A DNA stretch of 57,277 nt from an uncultured Clostridia bacterium (lineage in GTDB: Bacteria; Bacillota; Clostridia; Oscillospirales; Acutalibacteraceae): the NCBI GenBank assembly GCA_944380825.1, contig CALWIX010000106.1, positions 1-57,277 on the forward strand. Reading direction: 5' to 3'. Shown piece by piece: positions 26,756 to 35,210 of the stretch. A program made the position numbers and the translations under genes. Each line of letters starts with the position of its first letter. Position 1 is the first letter of the stretch. Under the pieces are notes generated by a model that did not search any database, was not told where the DNA came from, and saw nothing but the letters and a program-made list of their open reading frames with translations.

Positions 26756-28423
26756 TCAGTGCTCCACAACTTTATCAATCGAGTTACCCATCGAACAGTC
26801 AGCCTGTTCCTGTACCACGACATCAATGATATACGGTTTCAAAGATGCCTGTGCACGTTTCATGGCCGGGATAAGATCCTCCGGCTTGAACACACGCTCA
26901 CCAGCACAGCCAAGGCCCTCTGCCACTTTAACATAATCAACAAAGCCATGATCTTCTTTCATCTCTACAGCGTACTCATATCCGTAAGCATACTTCTGAT
27001 TTTGACGGATTAGGCCGAGATATGCGTTGTTGACAATAACCACGATAACCGGACGATTATATTTTGCACAGGTAGCCAGCTCCTGCACATGGAAGGTGAA
27101 ACCGAAGTCACCCATCACAGCAACTGCACGCTTTCCGGGCTGGGCTGTCATAGCGCCAAACGCCGCCGGAATATCGTAACCGAGGGTACCAGCACCGCCG
27201 GACGGCAGATAGTGACGAGGCTTATCAGCCTCCTGAAGCTGACCAGACCAAATTTGCGTAATGCCACAGCCGGTAGTAAACATTGTATCCGAATCAAATG
27301 CCTCATTAATGGCACCAAATACGCGGTGCGGATGAATCGGAATGCAATCCATATCGGTCTTTCTCTTCAGTGCGGGACGCAGCTGTGCGAGTTTTTCAGC
27401 GGTGCCTTCTCTCTTGGCAATGTTCTGTTTCTTAACTTCTTCAATCAAGGCTTTGATGGCAAGACCTGCATCGGAGACGATTCCAAGATCGGCCGGGAAG
27501 ATCTTGTTGATTTCCTTCGGCTCTATATTAATATGTATAAACTTGCGATCGCCGCGATACTCTTTGATAGAACCAGTGTGACGGTCAGTAAAGCGACAGC
27601 CAATACCGAGGACCATATCCGAATCAAGCAGGACACGGTTGCCAAGAGGCTGACCAACCTGAATGCCCGCATGACCAGCGTTAAGCGGATGATTGATCGG
27701 GATGCCTCCCTTAGCCATATAAGTGGTGATGACCGGAATGTTGAGCATCTCGGCAAGTTCTACACACTCTTCACAAGCGTTCGCTTCTACAACGCCGCCA
27801 CCCATGATGATGACCGGATTCTTGGCGCCCTTAAGCATCTCGACAGCCTGCTGAATTTTTTCAACCTCTGGACCTTTCTTTTCGATCGAATATGGCACAT
27901 AAGAATCGGGATCAAATTCGATCTCTGCATTCTGAATATCAAGCGGCAGATCAATAAGAACCGGACCGGGTTTCCCTTCCCGAGCAATACGGAATGCTTC
28001 ATGGAACACTTCTACAATCTGATCCTTATCTCTTACACACCAAGACTTCTTTGTAACAGGTGCTACAATAGTAGCAATATCGATGCATTGGAACGCATCT
28101 TTAAAGAGCTGGCCGGTAACAGCCTGACCGGTGATCGCGATCAGCGGAATAGAATCAACATGAGCAGTGTAAAGACCAGTGGTAAAATTCGTGGCGCCGG
28201 GGCCGGATGTGCACAGAGCCGCTGCCATTTTTCCGCTTGCACGGTAGTACCCTCCCGCTGCATGTACAGCGGCTTCTTCGTGGCGCACCGTATAATGCTT
28301 AATTTTGCTCTGAGCCTTATCCATATACTTGTAAAGCCCATTGATGCTTGCCCCAGGAATTCCGAAAGCATCGGTGATGCCTTCCTTCTCGAGAATCCTG
28401 ACAATAGCTTCACTTACAACCAT
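26756..28423 (-). CDS. thiamine-diphosphate enzyme, glyoxylate-carboligase-like (acetolactate-synthase superfamily)
   Basis: ThDP motif MGDFGFTFHVQELATCAKYNRPVIVVIVNNAYLG. Long colinear matches to E. coli Gcl as remembered (IDLPLDIQNAEIEFDPDSY, SDMVLGIGCRFTDRHTGSIKEY, VNNAYLGLIRQNQ, VKVAEGLGCAGERVFKPEDL). Confidence 0.88.
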   Translation of the reverse strand: MVVSEAIVRILEKEGITDAFGIPGASINGLYKYMDKAQSKIKHYTVRHEEAAVHAAGGYYRASGKMAAALCTSGPGATNFTTGLYTAHVDSIPLIAITGQAVTGQLFKDAFQCIDIATIVAPVTKKSWCVRDKDQIVEVFHEAFRIAREGKPGPVLIDLPLDIQNAEIEFDPDSYVPYSIEKKGPEVEKIQQAVEMLKGAKNPVIIMGGGVVEANACEECVELAEMLNIPVITTYMAKGGIPINHPLNAGHAGIQVGQPLGNRVLLDSDMVLGIGCRFTDRHTGSIKEYRGDRKFIHINIEPKEINKIFPADLGIVSDAGLAIKALIEEVKKQNIAKREGTAEKLAQLRPALKRKTDMDCIPIHPHRVFGAINEAFDSDTMFTTGCGITQIWSGQLQEADKPRHYLPSGGAGTLGYDIPAAFGAMTAQPGKRAVAVMGDFGFTFHVQELATCAKYNRPVIVVIVNNAYLGLIRQNQKYAYGYEYAVEMKEDHGFVDYVKVAEGLGCAGERVFKPEDLIPAMKRAQASLKPYIIDVVVQEQADCSMGNSIDKVVEH

Positions 28424-28632
28424 GACTCTCTATACTCCTTTTCTTTTTAATTTTGGGATTCCTAAATTTTATTTTTTGAAATCTCATTTCATCTTGTCAT
28501 AAGCTTATCACATTTTTCACTATAAATCAAGACTTTTTTTAAAAAAAATTATTACTTAAATGATTTACTAAAATATAATTTTTAAATATAAAATTAAATT
28601 TCATTTTAAATAAGAGAATAATAAAATATTTG

Positions 28633-28675
28633 TTGATTTTGAATATTGAAATCAATTGCTATTAACTAGTATAAT
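28633..28675 (+). promoter_or_regulatory. candidate iclR promoter overlapped by an inverted repeat (possible IclR operator)
   Basis: TTGATTT-N9-AAATCAA (28633-28655) overlaps -35 TTGAAA (28646-28651). An 18-nt spacer leads to -10 TATAAT (28670-28675). Confidence 0.4.
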
Positions 28676-28815
28676 AAATATACACATCGTTTTTTATTAA
28701 TGATTCGTTGCACAGTTTTGTATAGCAAAAGGTTTGTAAAAATTGAATAATGCTGTACTTGTCAATATTTTATCCGGCTAAATAGAACAAATTTATTACT
28801 AGGAGGTCTTACACT

Positions 28816-29622
28816 ATGAGCCCCAGACCCTACTCATCGAATCAATCTTCCGCCAAAATGCTTGACATTATTGAATTTTTAGCCGATCACAATAATGAAC
28901 CTATGCGTTTAAAAGATATTGCTGACGGTTTATCTATGAGTCCCAGCACGGTGCTTCGCTTTTTAAGCTCTCTCATGGAACGCGATTATCTATGGCAGGA
29001 TCCCAACTCTTTGCAGTATTCGCTTACCCTTAAGCTATGTTCTGTTGCAAACAAAGTCAGTTCTAACCTTCAATTATACGATCTTGCTCTGCCAATTATG
29101 AAACAGATCTGTGCACGGTTTGGGGAATCCGTCTGCCTTGCAGAGGAACAAGATATGGAGGCCGTATACATAGGTGTCGTTCGTACCCCGGATCAGATGC
29201 TTCAAACCATGCAGCGCATCGGCAACCGTGCTCCCTTGCATTCTACAGGCGTAGGTAAATTGCTGCTTCTCAATTATAGCGAGGCAAAAATCGATCGCTT
29301 AATCTCTACAAAAGGCTTACCTGCCTTAACTAAAAATACAATTACCACAAAAACTGGTCTGATAGAAAAAATCGCTCAAATCCGCCGCCAAGGCTATGCT
29401 TACGATGATGAGGAATGCGAAATCGGCGCACGCTGTATTGCTGTTCCTGTATACAACTATACGGGAAAGGTCATCGCTGGATTAAGTGTAACGGGTCCCG
29501 TTTCACGTATGTCCTACCAAAAAATTGACGAATATAAAGATTTTCTTTTAAATCAAGGGGATAAACTCTCCCATCTTCTGGGGTATTTAGGAAATAAAGG
29601 ACACTTTACCGAATTACATTAA
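28816..29622 (+). CDS. IclR-family transcriptional regulator
   Basis: N-terminal wHTH MRLKDIADGLSMSPSTVLRFLSSLMERDYL and C-terminal effector domain (GVGKLLL, YAYDDEECEIGARCIAVPV). GGAGG RBS. Confidence 0.88.
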   Translation: MSPRPYSSNQSSAKMLDIIEFLADHNNEPMRLKDIADGLSMSPSTVLRFLSSLMERDYLWQDPNSLQYSLTLKLCSVANKVSSNLQLYDLALPIMKQICARFGESVCLAEEQDMEAVYIGVVRTPDQMLQTMQRIGNRAPLHSTGVGKLLLLNYSEAKIDRLISTKGLPALTKNTITTKTGLIEKIAQIRRQGYAYDDEECEIGARCIAVPVYNYTGKVIAGLSVTGPVSRMSYQKIDEYKDFLLNQGDKLSHLLGYLGNKGHFTELH

Positions 29623-29657
29623 AGTTAAAACACAAAACAGAAGAGGAGTGAACGGCG

Positions 29658-30929
29658 ATGAAAGTTTCCCTTCCCTACGGGGATGGTTTTTTAAAGGGTG
29701 ATTTGCCCGATTCCCGTATTGCAGGTGTTGTACATAGTCATTTGGATGAGTACCATCCGGAAATTCCGCAGCAACAGTTGGTCGAACAGGCACTTCGCAA
29801 CCCTATTGGCTCCCCTGCCCTACGGGATCTCGCTAAGGGAGCAAAAAATGTTGTGATCATCGCAAGCGATCACACACGTCCGGTGCCAAGTAAATTTTTG
29901 ATTCCGCCAATGCTGCGGGAGATCCGTACTGGGAATCCTCACGCAAAGATTACTATTTTGATTGCAACCGGGTGCCACCGCGGAACAACCCCCGAGGAGC
30001 TGCGCAAAAAGTTCGGAAATGAAATATACGAGCAGGAACATATTGTGGTTCATGATTGCGACGACTCCGAAAACCTTGTTTCTCTCGGCATTTTGCCCAG
30101 CGGGGGCGAGCTTATCATCAACCGCCTTGCGGCCGAAGCCGATCTTCTCGTTTCGGAAGGTTTTATCGAACCTCACTTTTTTGCCGGATTTTCGGGAGGA
30201 CGAAAAAGCATTCTGCCTGGAATTGCCGCACGAAAAACGGTTTATGCCAATCACTGCTCTAAATTTATTGCCGATAAACACGCTTGTTATGGAAGCTTAA
30301 AAGAAAACCCCATCCATCGCGACATGATTTTTGCTGCCCGTAAGGCAAATCTTCGATTTATTTTGAATGTAGTAATCAACTCGAACCATGAGATTATCGG
30401 CGCTTTTGCTGGGGACTGTGACGAGGCCCATCTGGCGGGAACCCAGTTTTTATCCTCTTTGTGCAGTGCTTCTGCGATTCCCTCCGATATCGTTATCACA
30501 AGCAACAACGGCTATCCGCTGGATCAAAATATTTATCAAGCCGTTAAAAGTATGGCTACAGCCTATATGACTTGCCGCGAAAATGGTGTGATTATTACAG
30601 CTGCTCGCTGTGAAGACGGCCACGGCGGCCAAGGATTTTTCGATACATTTCGAAACGATCCATCCTCCAAAGCAATCCTCGATCGTATTTTATGCGTCCC
30701 CCAAGATGCCACCGAAGCAGATCAATGGCAGTCCCAAATTTTTGCCCAGATTCTCTGCCGCAATACTGTTATTCTTATCAGTGAGGCAGATGACTCTGTT
30801 GTTCGAGCACTTCATATGCTTCCTGCACACTCTCTGGAAGAAGCAGTGCAGATTGCAGATTCCGTTCTTGGCAATTCTTCTGGCATGATTACTGTCGTTC
30901 CAGAGGGGATGTCCTGCCTTTTTCAGTAG
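29658..30929 (+). CDS. LarA-family nickel-pincer-dependent 2-hydroxyacid racemase/epimerase homologue
   Basis: SDHTRP, ATGCHRG, EPHFFAGFSGGRKSILPG and YANH place Arg74, His107, His173, Lys183 and His199. This is exactly one residue off L. plantarum LarA Arg75/His108/His174/Lys184/His200. Confidence 0.85.
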   Translation: MKVSLPYGDGFLKGDLPDSRIAGVVHSHLDEYHPEIPQQQLVEQALRNPIGSPALRDLAKGAKNVVIIASDHTRPVPSKFLIPPMLREIRTGNPHAKITILIATGCHRGTTPEELRKKFGNEIYEQEHIVVHDCDDSENLVSLGILPSGGELIINRLAAEADLLVSEGFIEPHFFAGFSGGRKSILPGIAARKTVYANHCSKFIADKHACYGSLKENPIHRDMIFAARKANLRFILNVVINSNHEIIGAFAGDCDEAHLAGTQFLSSLCSASAIPSDIVITSNNGYPLDQNIYQAVKSMATAYMTCRENGVIITAARCEDGHGGQGFFDTFRNDPSSKAILDRILCVPQDATEADQWQSQIFAQILCRNTVILISEADDSVVRALHMLPAHSLEEAVQIADSVLGNSSGMITVVPEGMSCLFQ

Positions 30930-31056
30930 AAACTCTTTCCTGTCACATCCTTGAGCGGAGAGGTGCGTGCTATCTAGACTAGACTAAATGCAGCGCTTCA
31001 CTTTCCAGATAAGGGCAGATTTTACAAAGAATTCATAATCATTAAAGGATATTAGA

Positions 31057-31085
31057 TTGTAAATTCGTGAATATTGTGCTATAAT
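31057..31085 (+). promoter_or_regulatory. sigma-A-type promoter of the membrane-protein/acpS/nnr operon
   Basis: TTGTAA, a 17-nt spacer, then TGcTATAAT. Confidence 0.6.
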
Positions 31086-31167
31086 CAACAAAGATTCCAG
31101 CACAACTTTCCTGAGAAATTCTCCTCAAGATTACATTTTTATTGAGAGGATATTGGAGGCTCTTTAC

Positions 31168-31680
31168 ATGGACGTTTTTGTGGAACAAATTATTAAAAAG
31201 AAACCCAGTGGGATTGACTTTCTGATTTATTTAGGAATTATTTTAGCAGGATTCATTCTTATTGTGGCTGCAATGCTCTTTCTACCTTCGCTGGCTTTGA
31301 TGGTTCTTGTGGGCGTTATTTTCGGCGTTTACTACGTCATCACGATGCGCGACCTTGAATATGAATACAGCTTTACCAACGGCGATTTAACCGTAGATAA
31401 AATTATCCATCGCCGCAGCCGTAAACGCTTGATTTCTTTCGATGTACATAACGTGGAGGAAATGGGAAAATACGATCCCCAGAAACATGCTGCTCGCGAT
31501 TACAATAAACGGCTGATCGTTTCTCAATATCCCGATGGACGTGACGCATGGTATATGACGTTCCGCCATTCCAAATTTGGAAACACGCTTTTCGTTTTTA
31601 CTCCGGACGAGAAGGTTCTCAATTCTGTAAAGCCTTTTCTTCCCAGACAGGTGGCGGTCGATGCTTTCCGTGGGAATTGA
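31168..31680 (+). CDS. hypothetical membrane protein (two TM helices plus soluble domain)
   Basis: ATG 31168 lies 8 nt after GGAGG. Hydrophobic pair FLIYLGIILAGFILIVAAMLFLPSLALMVLVGVIFGVYYV. Overlaps the acpS start. Confidence 0.65.
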   Translation: MDVFVEQIIKKKPSGIDFLIYLGIILAGFILIVAAMLFLPSLALMVLVGVIFGVYYVITMRDLEYEYSFTNGDLTVDKIIHRRSRKRLISFDVHNVEEMGKYDPQKHAARDYNKRLIVSQYPDGRDAWYMTFRHSKFGNTLFVFTPDEKVLNSVKPFLPRQVAVDAFRGN

Positions 31681-32032
31681 TTTAGTCGAAATTAAAAGAA
31701 TAAAAAACTCTATCCGGAATCCGCGCTTTTGCAGCAGGGTGCTCGGCAAGTCCGAGTATGCCCAGCTTGCATCGCGCGGATTTCCTGTACAGAGCATTGC
31801 GGCAAGTTTCTGCGCAAAAGAGGCTTTTTCGAAGGCACTAGGAACTGGGATCCGTGGATTTAAGCTTTATGAGGTAGAACTTTTACGTGAGGAAAATGGG
31901 AAGCCTTATCTCCATTTAACTGGCAACGCTGCACAGATCGCCTCACAACAGAACAAACTATTTTCCGTGAGTGTAACTCATACCAAAGAATATGCTGCCG
32001 CAGTTGTAATAGGAGAGGAGAAAAGTTCATGA
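31661..32032 (+). CDS. acpS: holo-[acyl-carrier-protein] synthase
   Basis: MLSVGIDLVEIKRI start. 123 aa. FCAKEAFSKA motif. Confidence 0.88.
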   Translation: MLSVGIDLVEIKRIKNSIRNPRFCSRVLGKSEYAQLASRGFPVQSIAASFCAKEAFSKALGTGIRGFKLYEVELLREENGKPYLHLTGNAAQIASQQNKLFSVSVTHTKEYAAAVVIGEEKSS

Positions 32033-33561
32033 AAGTTTTAGACAGCGCCCAAATGCGGTCTTTAGAGCAAACTGCCGTTGAGCAAGGCGGCAGTTATCTT
32101 GAATTGATGGAAAACGCTGGAAAGTCGGCTGCAAGCTTTCTTTTAAAAATGACGCCTGCCGAGGGAAAAAGGATTGCAGTCCTGTGCGGAAAAGGAAACA
32201 ACGGCGGGGATGGCTATGTTGTTGCCCGCCATTTGGCAGCGCGCGGCGCACGTGTAGCCGTTATCTTGGCGCAAGGAGAACCTGCTACTGACATCTCGCG
32301 CGAAATGTTTCAAAAGCTTTCCGGCAGTTCGGTATGCGTCCTATCCTGCGATAAAGATTGGGAGCGTATCGAGAAACTGATTGCCTCTGCTGATTATCTT
32401 TATGATGGCATTTATGGCATCGGTTTTCGTGGATCCGTTTCTGAACAGCTTATCCGTCTGTTTGAAGCAGCAGAAGCTTCTCCTGCCCAAAAAATTGCTT
32501 TGGATCTTCCTAGTGGCGTCCAATGCGACACAGGTTCAGTGGAAGGAGCCTGCATTCATGCCGATTATACAGTCACTTTTACTGCGCTCAAGCCAGCTCA
32601 TCTTCTTCGGCCTGCACTTGAATACTGCGGCGAAGTAACTTGCATGGAAGTGGGGATCCCCTCTTCACTTTTAGAGGAAAGCGACTGTGCCATGGATGTG
32701 ATTGATCGCAAGATCACTGCACCCTTGTTCGTCCCTCGCAGCGATGATACAAATAAGGGCAGCTACGGCACGCTGCTGTGCATCTGCGGCTGTGAAGGAA
32801 TGGCTGGAGCCGCCATTCTTTCTGCCGGAGCCGCGCTGCGATGCGGAGCCGGTTTGGTCAATTTGGCGCTTCCGGAAGAGATATATCCTATTGTGGCATC
32901 GTGTCTGCCGGAATGTATCTACACTCTTCTAAAAGAAGCAGAAGGATGTCTAACGGATACTTCCCGACAAAGGCTGGAAAGCGGATTAAAAAAGGCTTCC
33001 GCCTGTCTTATTGGCTGTGGTCTGGGACAAAGCGGTACAGCCGAAAGCCTGACCTATGATCTTATTCAAAACTCCAAAGTTCCTCTTGTGGTGGATGCGG
33101 ATGGCATAAATGCAGTAGCACACAACATAGATATATTAAAAACAGCGCGGGCTCCTTTAATCCTAACACCACATCCGGGGGAGATGGCACGCCTTTTGGG
33201 CGTAACCGTATCAGAAGTGCAGTCGAACCGGCTGACATACGCTAAAATTTTTGCCGAAGAATACGGTGTAATCCTCGTTTTAAAGGGAACAGGTACCATT
33301 GTAGCCTCGCCTGACGGTAAGGCTTTTTGGAACCCAACCGGAAATCCCGGTATGGCTAAGGGGGGCAGCGGTGACGTCCTTGCCGGCATGATTGGCTCTT
33401 TTTTGGCACAGGGAATCGATCCTTTGTGCGCTGCCGCTTCCGGCGTCTACCTGCACGGTCTGGCAGGCGATGAATGTGCCCGAAAGCTCTCCGAACGTGG
33501 AATGCTCCCCTCCGATATCATCAATGCACTGCCTGTACTGTTTTCAAAATTTGAACAATAA
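32029..33561 (+). CDS. nnr: bifunctional NAD(P)H-hydrate repair enzyme (epimerase/ADP-dependent dehydratase)
   Basis: YjeF_N segment GKGNNGGDGYVVARHL and C-terminal kinase-fold GGSGDVLAGMIGSFLAQG. ATGA overlap with acpS. Confidence 0.9.
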   Translation: MKVLDSAQMRSLEQTAVEQGGSYLELMENAGKSAASFLLKMTPAEGKRIAVLCGKGNNGGDGYVVARHLAARGARVAVILAQGEPATDISREMFQKLSGSSVCVLSCDKDWERIEKLIASADYLYDGIYGIGFRGSVSEQLIRLFEAAEASPAQKIALDLPSGVQCDTGSVEGACIHADYTVTFTALKPAHLLRPALEYCGEVTCMEVGIPSSLLEESDCAMDVIDRKITAPLFVPRSDDTNKGSYGTLLCICGCEGMAGAAILSAGAALRCGAGLVNLALPEEIYPIVASCLPECIYTLLKEAEGCLTDTSRQRLESGLKKASACLIGCGLGQSGTAESLTYDLIQNSKVPLVVDADGINAVAHNIDILKTARAPLILTPHPGEMARLLGVTVSEVQSNRLTYAKIFAEEYGVILVLKGTGTIVASPDGKAFWNPTGNPGMAKGGSGDVLAGMIGSFLAQGIDPLCAAASGVYLHGLAGDECARKLSERGMLPSDIINALPVLFSKFEQ

Positions 33562-33572
33562 CAGGTGATACC

Positions 33573-34127
33573 ATGTTCCACCTCTCTCCTCTTCCCTTTG
33601 GGAAGATTCGAACAGCAGCACGGCGAAAAGGCATTTACTTTATCTCTTCCTTCCTTTTTTTGGGGATGGTTTTACTCTGCGGCTGTTCTGTGCAGGAAAC
33701 GCTGTCTCCCCCCGCACCACCGGCGGAATCTTTTCAGTGCCGGGTTCAGGCAAAATACCATGGAGAGGAGATCCTTTGTACTCTTTCCCGCACACTGCAA
33801 AAAAAGACTTCGATTGCGGTGCAGTCCCCCCAACAAGCGCAAGGCCTGTGTTTTTCATGGAATGGAGACGGGTTTTCGATGGAATATGCTGGGCTCTCTG
33901 TATCAGATGATACGTGTCCTCTGCCGGAAGGGGCCTTTCCTGTGGTACTCCATAATGCCGTAGAAGCCATCCTCTCTCAAGAAAATCTGACAGAAACAGA
34001 AGAAGGGTGGCAGGCTTTCTTGGGTACGACCCGTCTATACGCAGATTTGGAGCACAGTACGGGTGAAATCTTGCGCATTTCTATTCCTGCTCTTTCTCTG
34101 GAGGCTTCATTTCTTTATGATGTATAA
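33573..34127 (+). CDS. hypothetical lipoprotein
   Basis: Hydrophobic N-terminus ending in VLLCGCS (lipobox-like). AGGTGA RBS. No family recognised. Confidence 0.6.
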   Translation: MFHLSPLPFGKIRTAARRKGIYFISSFLFLGMVLLCGCSVQETLSPPAPPAESFQCRVQAKYHGEEILCTLSRTLQKKTSIAVQSPQQAQGLCFSWNGDGFSMEYAGLSVSDDTCPLPEGAFPVVLHNAVEAILSQENLTETEEGWQAFLGTTRLYADLEHSTGEILRISIPALSLEASFLYDV

Positions 34128-34143
34128 AATGGAGGATTTTTAT

Positions 34144-34647
34144 ATGCCAAATGATATGTTAGTAAAACTTTATAACTTAAAGATGGATCCCGAACTTCTA
34201 GATCGTCTCGCCAAAGAAGGAGTCTCTATACATCGCGCTCTTTCACCCGATCGTCGGGAAATTTTGCATCAGATCGAAAATGCTTTTCTGGAAAACTGGG
34301 GCGATTCTGAAAGCAGACAGCGCTGGCTCAGTGAATGTGAGGTAGCGTTTTCTCATACTCCTGTAACATGTTACATTGCATCCCGTGGCAGTGAGATCCT
34401 CGGCTTCGCATGTTATAACACAACAGCAAAGGATTATTTCGGTCCTACTGGCGTGCTAAAAAAAGAACGAGGCAAAGGAATTGGCAAGGCACTATTGCTT
34501 TCATGTTTAAACTCGCTGCGCGAAGAAGGTTATGCCTATGCCATTATCGGCGCTGCCGCTCCGACAGCTGTGGGATTTTACCAAAAAAATGTTGGCGCGG
34601 AGATGATCGAAAACTCGGCACCGGGCGTTTATCGCAATATGTTATAA
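34144..34647 (+). CDS. GNAT-family N-acetyltransferase
   Basis: Acetyl-CoA loop KKERGKGIGKALLLSCL. ATG 34144 follows GGAGGA by 8 nt; the longer track ORF (34063) overlaps the preceding gene. Confidence 0.75.
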   Translation: MPNDMLVKLYNLKMDPELLDRLAKEGVSIHRALSPDRREILHQIENAFLENWGDSESRQRWLSECEVAFSHTPVTCYIASRGSEILGFACYNTTAKDYFGPTGVLKKERGKGIGKALLLSCLNSLREEGYAYAIIGAAAPTAVGFYQKNVGAEMIENSAPGVYRNML

Positions 34648-34710
34648 TAGGCTCACTCTTTACTATTCTTTTATGTGCTGTGAATTTCACAGTTCCTTTC
34701 TGCTAAACTT

Positions 34711-34747
34711 AAATCCGCAGACAGATAAACTGTCTGCGGATTTTTAC
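34711..34747. terminator. bidirectional intrinsic terminator
   Basis: AAATCCGCAGACA-N7-TGTCTGCGGATTT flanked by an A-run and a T-run. Lies between the convergent GNAT and 93-aa genes. Confidence 0.75.
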
Positions 34748-34777
34748 AATGAACTTTTTATTTAAATAATAAATTTA

Positions 34778-35059
34778 TTACTTCTTGTCTACAGAGTGCA
34801 AAAGGATTTCTTTCATTTCAGAAGCGCTTTTAAAACCTAATGCACAAGCCATTTCTTCGTCAGAAATCTTATTATCCATTAAAATACGTTTTAACCCTTT
34901 GGATCTTCCTGAGGACTTTTTCGGATTATTGATGGCATCTAATTTTTTCTCTAATTTCTCAATACAATCCTTATGATATTGAAGCTTTTTTTCTAACTCT
35001 ATTTTTCGTTCTTCCTTACTGCGGATCGTTCTTTTTTCTACCATTTCACCCCACACCAT
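34778..35059 (-). CDS. hypothetical small Lys-rich coiled-coil protein (93 aa)
   Basis: Only open frame between two terminators. Visibly AT-richer than its neighbours. No family recognised. Confidence 0.5.
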   Translation of the reverse strand: MVWGEMVEKRTIRSKEERKIELEKKLQYHKDCIEKLEKKLDAINNPKKSSGRSKGLKRILMDNKISDEEMACALGFKSASEMKEILLHSVDKK

Positions 35060-35144
35060 CCTTTTTTAATTATTATTTATATTATATAAAAGTAAATAAA
35101 AAAATAAACCGAAAAAATGTAACCTTTCAAAATATTTTTATTAC

Positions 35145-35190
35145 AAAAAAGTCCCCGTCTAAATGTGCAAAAACACATTTAGACGGGGAT
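35145..35190 (-). terminator. intrinsic terminator after the zinc-ribbon gene
   Basis: 17-bp stem GTCCCCGTCTAAATGTG / CACATTTAGACGGGGA(T), followed on the minus strand by TTTTTTGT. Confidence 0.8.
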
Positions 35191-35210
35191 ATTTCTATGT
35201 TTTTCCCTTT

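Noticed and set aside
27089-28450. 453-aa ORF on the plus strand, the longest of several long antisense ORFs. The others are 25133-26221, 7121-8131, 17929-18831, 3879-4898, 19287-19964, 10707-11345 and 40366-41505.
   Set aside because: Each lies entirely opposite a gene with clear family motifs and an RBS. Their translations are low-complexity or Arg/Ser/Cys-rich, with no motifs or Shine-Dalgarno sites. This is the typical stop-poor shadow frame of a coding strand.
33565-33963. 132-aa alternative-frame ORF overlapping the lipoprotein gene.
   Set aside because: It has no RBS and a Arg/Cys/Phe-rich nonsense-like composition. The overlapping frame 33573-34127 has an RBS and a signal peptide/lipobox.
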